Shown piece by piece: positions 60,385 to 64,000 of a stretch of 64,000 nt of DNA. This stretch comes from an uncultured Candidatus Binatia bacterium (lineage in GTDB: Bacteria > Desulfobacterota > Binatia > HRBIN30). The position numbers and the translations under genes were made by a program. Position 1 is the first letter of the stretch. Each line of letters starts with the position of its first letter. The notes beneath the pieces were generated by a model. That model saw nothing but the letters and a program-made list of their open reading frames with translations. It made no database searches and was not told the DNA's origin. Location: the NCBI GenBank assembly GCA_964534275.1, contig CAZHQG010000010.1:6744-70743 (forward strand), read 5' to 3'.

Positions 60385-61569
60385 ATGGAACTCAACCCGT
60401 TCTCGTACGAGTTCCACGACAATCCCTACCCGGTCTACGCGTGGTTACGTGAGCACGCGCCGCTCTATTACAATCCGCAGCTCGACTTTTACGCCTTGTC
60501 GCGGTTCCACGATGTGTGGACAGCGCTGCAAGACTGGCGCACGTACAGCTCCCGGGAAGGAGTGACTCTCGAGCGCATTGACACGACCCTCTTCGAGGTC
60601 ACTCCCATGATGATTTTCATGGATCCGCCCAAGCACGATCGCCTCCGGCGTTTAGTCAGTGCCGCCTTCACGCCCCGCCGCATTGCCGCGCTGGAGCCGT
60701 TCGTGCGTCAACTGGCGCGGGACTTGGTGCAAAGGCTGGCGCACGCCGGCGGAGGCGACTTCGTCACCGACTTTGCTGCCCCGCTGCCGCGGGAAGTGAT
60801 TTTCAACCTGCTTGGAGTTCCCGCCGAAGATCGCGTACAACTTCGAGAATGGATGGATCGTGCTCTCGAGCGCGACCCAGACACACCGGCCATCCCCTCG
60901 CGGGCCGTCGAAGCCAGCATGCATCTCGTACGCTACTGGTTTCAGCTCATCGAAGCGCTGCGCCAGCGACCCAACGATGGCCTGATCGCTGCCCTCTTAG
61001 AAGCCGAGCTGGAAACGGAAGAAGGCGGCCGCACACGTCTGACCGACGGAGAAATCGCCGGCTTTTGTGCATTGTTGGGCGCGGCTGGCAACGAAACCGT
61101 CACCCGATTGTTGGGAAATGCCGCGGTGTTGTTCCACCGCCATCCCGAGGCGTGGCACTTTCTCTGCGAGCACCCAGAGCAGATTCCCCAAGCGATCGAA
61201 GAAGTTCTCCGGTACTGGCCACCGTCCCAATACCAAGCGCGCACGGTCACCAAATCTGTGGAATGGTACGGGCAAGTGGTGCCGGCTGGCGCGCGGATCC
61301 TCCTGCTGAATGGGGCGGCGACCCGCGACCCTCGTGCCTTTCCGGAGCCGGACCGTTTCGACATCCACCGCCAAATCTCCTTGCACTTGAGCTTCGGCTA
61401 TGGCGTGCATTTTTGCCTCGGAGCGTCGCTCGCGCGCTTGGAAAGTCGCGTCGCGCTCGAAGAATTCGCGCAAGCGTTCCCGCGGTACGTCGTCGACGAG
61501 AGCCGCTGCGTGCGTGCTCACATGAGCAACGTACACGGATTCGATCACGTACCGTTCTCGGCGGTTTGA
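60385..61569 (+). CDS. Cytochrome P450.
   Basis: Heme-binding loop FGYGVHFCLGASLAR, the ExxR motif (EEVLRYWPP) and an I-helix region. Confidence 0.9.
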   Translation: MELNPFSYEFHDNPYPVYAWLREHAPLYYNPQLDFYALSRFHDVWTALQDWRTYSSREGVTLERIDTTLFEVTPMMIFMDPPKHDRLRRLVSAAFTPRRIAALEPFVRQLARDLVQRLAHAGGGDFVTDFAAPLPREVIFNLLGVPAEDRVQLREWMDRALERDPDTPAIPSRAVEASMHLVRYWFQLIEALRQRPNDGLIAALLEAELETEEGGRTRLTDGEIAGFCALLGAAGNETVTRLLGNAAVLFHRHPEAWHFLCEHPEQIPQAIEEVLRYWPPSQYQARTVTKSVEWYGQVVPAGARILLLNGAATRDPRAFPEPDRFDIHRQISLHLSFGYGVHFCLGASLARLESRVALEEFAQAFPRYVVDESRCVRAHMSNVHGFDHVPFSAV

Positions 61570-61751
61570 ATTCCCGCGGTTCCGCGGTTCCGAGGCCCCC
61601 CGTGAGCCGGATCCGCATCCAACACGGGGCCCCTCGCCGCGCTACGCGCGCTACCGCGACGAGCGTAGGTTGTGGGAACACATCCGTCGATTGACTGGCG
61701 GCTGGCCATTGGTATTGTGAAACGGACTAGTCCGTTTCGAAATTTGCAACC

Positions 61752-62387
61752 ATGGCCGGGCGCAAGAAAAGCGAGCACATTCGGGAAGCAATCGTACGCG
61801 GCGCAGCAGAAGTGTTTTCGAGCCGCGAGTTTCACGAGGTCCTCACCGACGACATCGCCGAGCATGTGGGCGTCGGCAAGGGTACGCTGTACCGGTACTT
61901 CCGGTCCAAGGAAGAGCTGTACCTCGCCGCCATTGGGGACAGTTTGCGGGAACTCCACGCGTCGGTCACGGCGGTTCTGGCTGACGACGCACCCTTGGTC
62001 CCGACCATTGAACGGCTGGTCCGCACGCTCATCGCCTATTTTTGGGAGCGGCGCGACTTTTTCGTTCTCATGCATCGCCTCGAGCCGAAACTCAAAGCAA
62101 AGGAGCGCAGCGAGTGGCGCCAACGCCGCGACGAGATTGTCGACTTGCTCCGGCGTCGGATCGACCGTGCCGTGCAGCGTGGCGAAATTGCTCGCGTCCA
62201 TGCGCGCGTGGCAACCGAAGCCTTGCTCGGGATGATTCGTGGTGCCTGCGTGTACCGCCAGCCGAGCGACCGGCGGGAAGACGTCGCGCAGACCATCGTG
62301 CAACTGTTTTTGCACGGCATCGCGAGTACGGCCGCACAGGAACAACCAGCAACTCCACCCAGCCGAGCGTTTGCACGCCGGCGCTGA
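61752..62387 (+). CDS. TetR-family transcriptional regulator.
   Basis: N-terminal HTH FHEVLTDDIAEHVGVGKGTLYRYFRSKEELY. Confidence 0.85.
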   Translation: MAGRKKSEHIREAIVRGAAEVFSSREFHEVLTDDIAEHVGVGKGTLYRYFRSKEELYLAAIGDSLRELHASVTAVLADDAPLVPTIERLVRTLIAYFWERRDFFVLMHRLEPKLKAKERSEWRQRRDEIVDLLRRRIDRAVQRGEIARVHARVATEALLGMIRGACVYRQPSDRREDVAQTIVQLFLHGIASTAAQEQPATPPSRAFARRR

Positions 62388-62400
62388 GGAACCCACGACG

Positions 62401-63492
62401 ATGAAGAGGAAACGTTCCGTTCTTTGGTTTTCCATGGTCTTGGTCTGGCTTGGCTGCGGCCGCGCTGGGGGCACCGAGGGGCCAAGTGCCGCCCGATCGG
62501 ATGCGACAGCAAAGGCCGTCGTCGTGCGCGTAGCCCCTGCAGTGGTGCGTCCGGTAGAACGCACCGTGCAGTTCGTGGGCACGCTTTACGGACAAGAAGA
62601 GGTCACGCTTGCAAGCCAAGTCGAGGGACAAATCGAGCGGCTGCACGCCGATCTCGGAGATCCAGTTGCCGAGGGTGCTGTGCTGGCGGAAATTGACGAC
62701 TCCGCGTGGCGTGCGCGCCTGCGCGAAGCGGAGGCCAACTTAGCCAAGGCGCGGGCCGACGAAGAACGCGCTCGCCAACTGCTCGAAACACATGTGATCT
62801 CGCCGCAAGAATACGAGGCCCGCAAAACGGCTGCGCAAGTAGCAGAAGCGCAACGCGAGCTCTTGCAAGTCACCTTGCGCCACGCCCAGGTCGTGTCTCC
62901 CCTGCGCGGCGCAGTAGCACGGCGGTTTGTGTCCGCCGGGGAATACGTGCGCACGGGGACTCCTTTGTTCACGTTGGTCGTGCAAAATCCGCTCAAGCTC
63001 CGGGGCGACGTTCCCGAGCGATTTGCACCGGAAATTGCTGCTGGCCAGCCCGTGCAAGTGCGGGTCGATGCGTATCCCAATGAAGTCTTCCATGGCACGC
63101 TGGCGCGCATCAGCCCGGCATCGAACCCGCAAAACCGGTCCGTGACCGTCGAGGCGACCGTGGACAATCCGGACCTCAAACTCAAGCCCGGATTTTTTGC
63201 CAATGCGGCGATTGTCACGCGGCGCGACGATCGCGCGGTGTGCATCCCGCAAGAAGCGGTCCTCTCCCTCGCGGGAGTGCAGCGGGTTTACGTGATTACA
63301 GGCAATCGTGCGGAGAGTCGCGAGGTGGAACTGGGGAGGAGGCTTCCGGACGGTTTGATGGAAGTGCTGCGCGGCGTCGAAGCCGGCGAGCTGGTAGCGA
63401 TCACCGGCTTAAGCAAGTTGGACAGCGGCGTGGCCGTCCAGATCGAGTCCGAGCCCGCAACGCCACAAAACACATCGGCGGAGAACTTATGA
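62401..63492 (+). CDS. Efflux RND transporter periplasmic adaptor subunit (membrane fusion protein).
   Basis: A signal/lipoprotein-like N-terminus (MKRKRSVLWFSMVLVWLGCG) is followed by biotinyl/lipoyl-like, coiled-coil and beta-barrel MFP blocks. The 3' end overlaps the start of the downstream RND permease. Confidence 0.8.
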   Translation: MKRKRSVLWFSMVLVWLGCGRAGGTEGPSAARSDATAKAVVVRVAPAVVRPVERTVQFVGTLYGQEEVTLASQVEGQIERLHADLGDPVAEGAVLAEIDDSAWRARLREAEANLAKARADEERARQLLETHVISPQEYEARKTAAQVAEAQRELLQVTLRHAQVVSPLRGAVARRFVSAGEYVRTGTPLFTLVVQNPLKLRGDVPERFAPEIAAGQPVQVRVDAYPNEVFHGTLARISPASNPQNRSVTVEATVDNPDLKLKPGFFANAAIVTRRDDRAVCIPQEAVLSLAGVQRVYVITGNRAESREVELGRRLPDGLMEVLRGVEAGELVAITGLSKLDSGVAVQIESEPATPQNTSAENL

Positions 63493-64000
63493 GGTTAGTC
63501 GAGCTTTGCATTCGTAGGCCGGTTGCGGCCACCATGGGGATCGCCTTCCTCGTGGTGCTCGGGCTGTTTTCCTACCGGCACCTCTCGGTCGACTTATTCC
63601 CCAACATCGATTTTCCCATCGTTGTGGTGAACACCACGCTCAAAGGCGCGAGCGTGGAAGAGATGGAATCGAGCGTCACGAAGGTCATCGAAGAAGCAGT
63701 CAACACCATCGAAGGCATCGAAGAGCTGCGTTCCACCACCAAAGAGGGGCTGTCGCATGTGGTGGTGATCTTCCATCTCGAACGCAACCGCGAAGCAGCG
63801 GTCCAGGACGTACGCGACAAAGTGGCGGCCATCACTTCGCGGCTGCCTGCAGGTACGGACCCGCCGGTGGTCATGAAGTTCGACGTGGAAGCTTCGCCCA
63901 TTGTATCGATTGCGGTCGCCGGCCAACGGAGCTTGCGCGAAATGACCGAGCTTGCGCGCAAACTGATCAAAGAAGATCTCGAAACCTTGCCTGGGGTCGG
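63489..64000 (+). CDS. RND efflux permease (AcrB/HAE1-like), 5' part only (truncated by the window end).
   Basis: MRLVELCIRRPVAATMGIAFLVVLGLFSYRHLSVDLFPNIDFPIVVVNTTLKGAS... is the canonical AcrB-family N-terminus. The frame stays open to the end of the window. Confidence 0.8.
   Translation, partial: MRLVELCIRRPVAATMGIAFLVVLGLFSYRHLSVDLFPNIDFPIVVVNTTLKGASVEEMESSVTKVIEEAVNTIEGIEELRSTTKEGLSHVVVIFHLERNREAAVQDVRDKVAAITSRLPAGTDPPVVMKFDVEASPIVSIAVAGQRSLREMTELARKLIKEDLETLPGV

Overview
This is a GC-rich (about 65-70% G+C), densely coding bacterial chromosomal segment. The bias produces many spurious antisense and alternate-frame ORFs, so I kept a frame only where the protein sequence is recognisable or where several co-oriented paralogs corroborate each other.

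The most striking content is a minus-strand operon (367-8419). It encodes an 824-aa secreted protein with a dockerin-like module and a Thr/Pro linker, then four tandem paralogs of a roughly 400-aa secreted family I cannot assign to any known domain, then a stand-alone CheY-like receiver. A second Thr/Pro-linker secreted protein carrying a Myxococcus-type cysteine-rich repeat sits at 54.1-57.0 kb.

Other notable features:
- Two long non-coding regions (about 22.8-23.9 kb and 37.75-39.1 kb) carry many copies of a GGACACAC/GTGTGTCC-core repeat, including a 37-bp tandem triplet.
- A ten-gene plus-strand block (39.1-51.5 kb) joins the lower mevalonate pathway directly to hopanoid biosynthesis, with an apparently fused HpnC-HpnD.
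- An archaeal-type SAM synthetase is present.

Housekeeping and other genes include rsmI, a split NadE, prkA-yeaH-spoVR, SOD, rfbAB, uvrA, iscS/erpA, two SppA types, Kup, three LLM-class oxidoreductases, and a P450-TetR-RND cluster. I found no tRNA, rRNA, CRISPR array or obvious mobile element.
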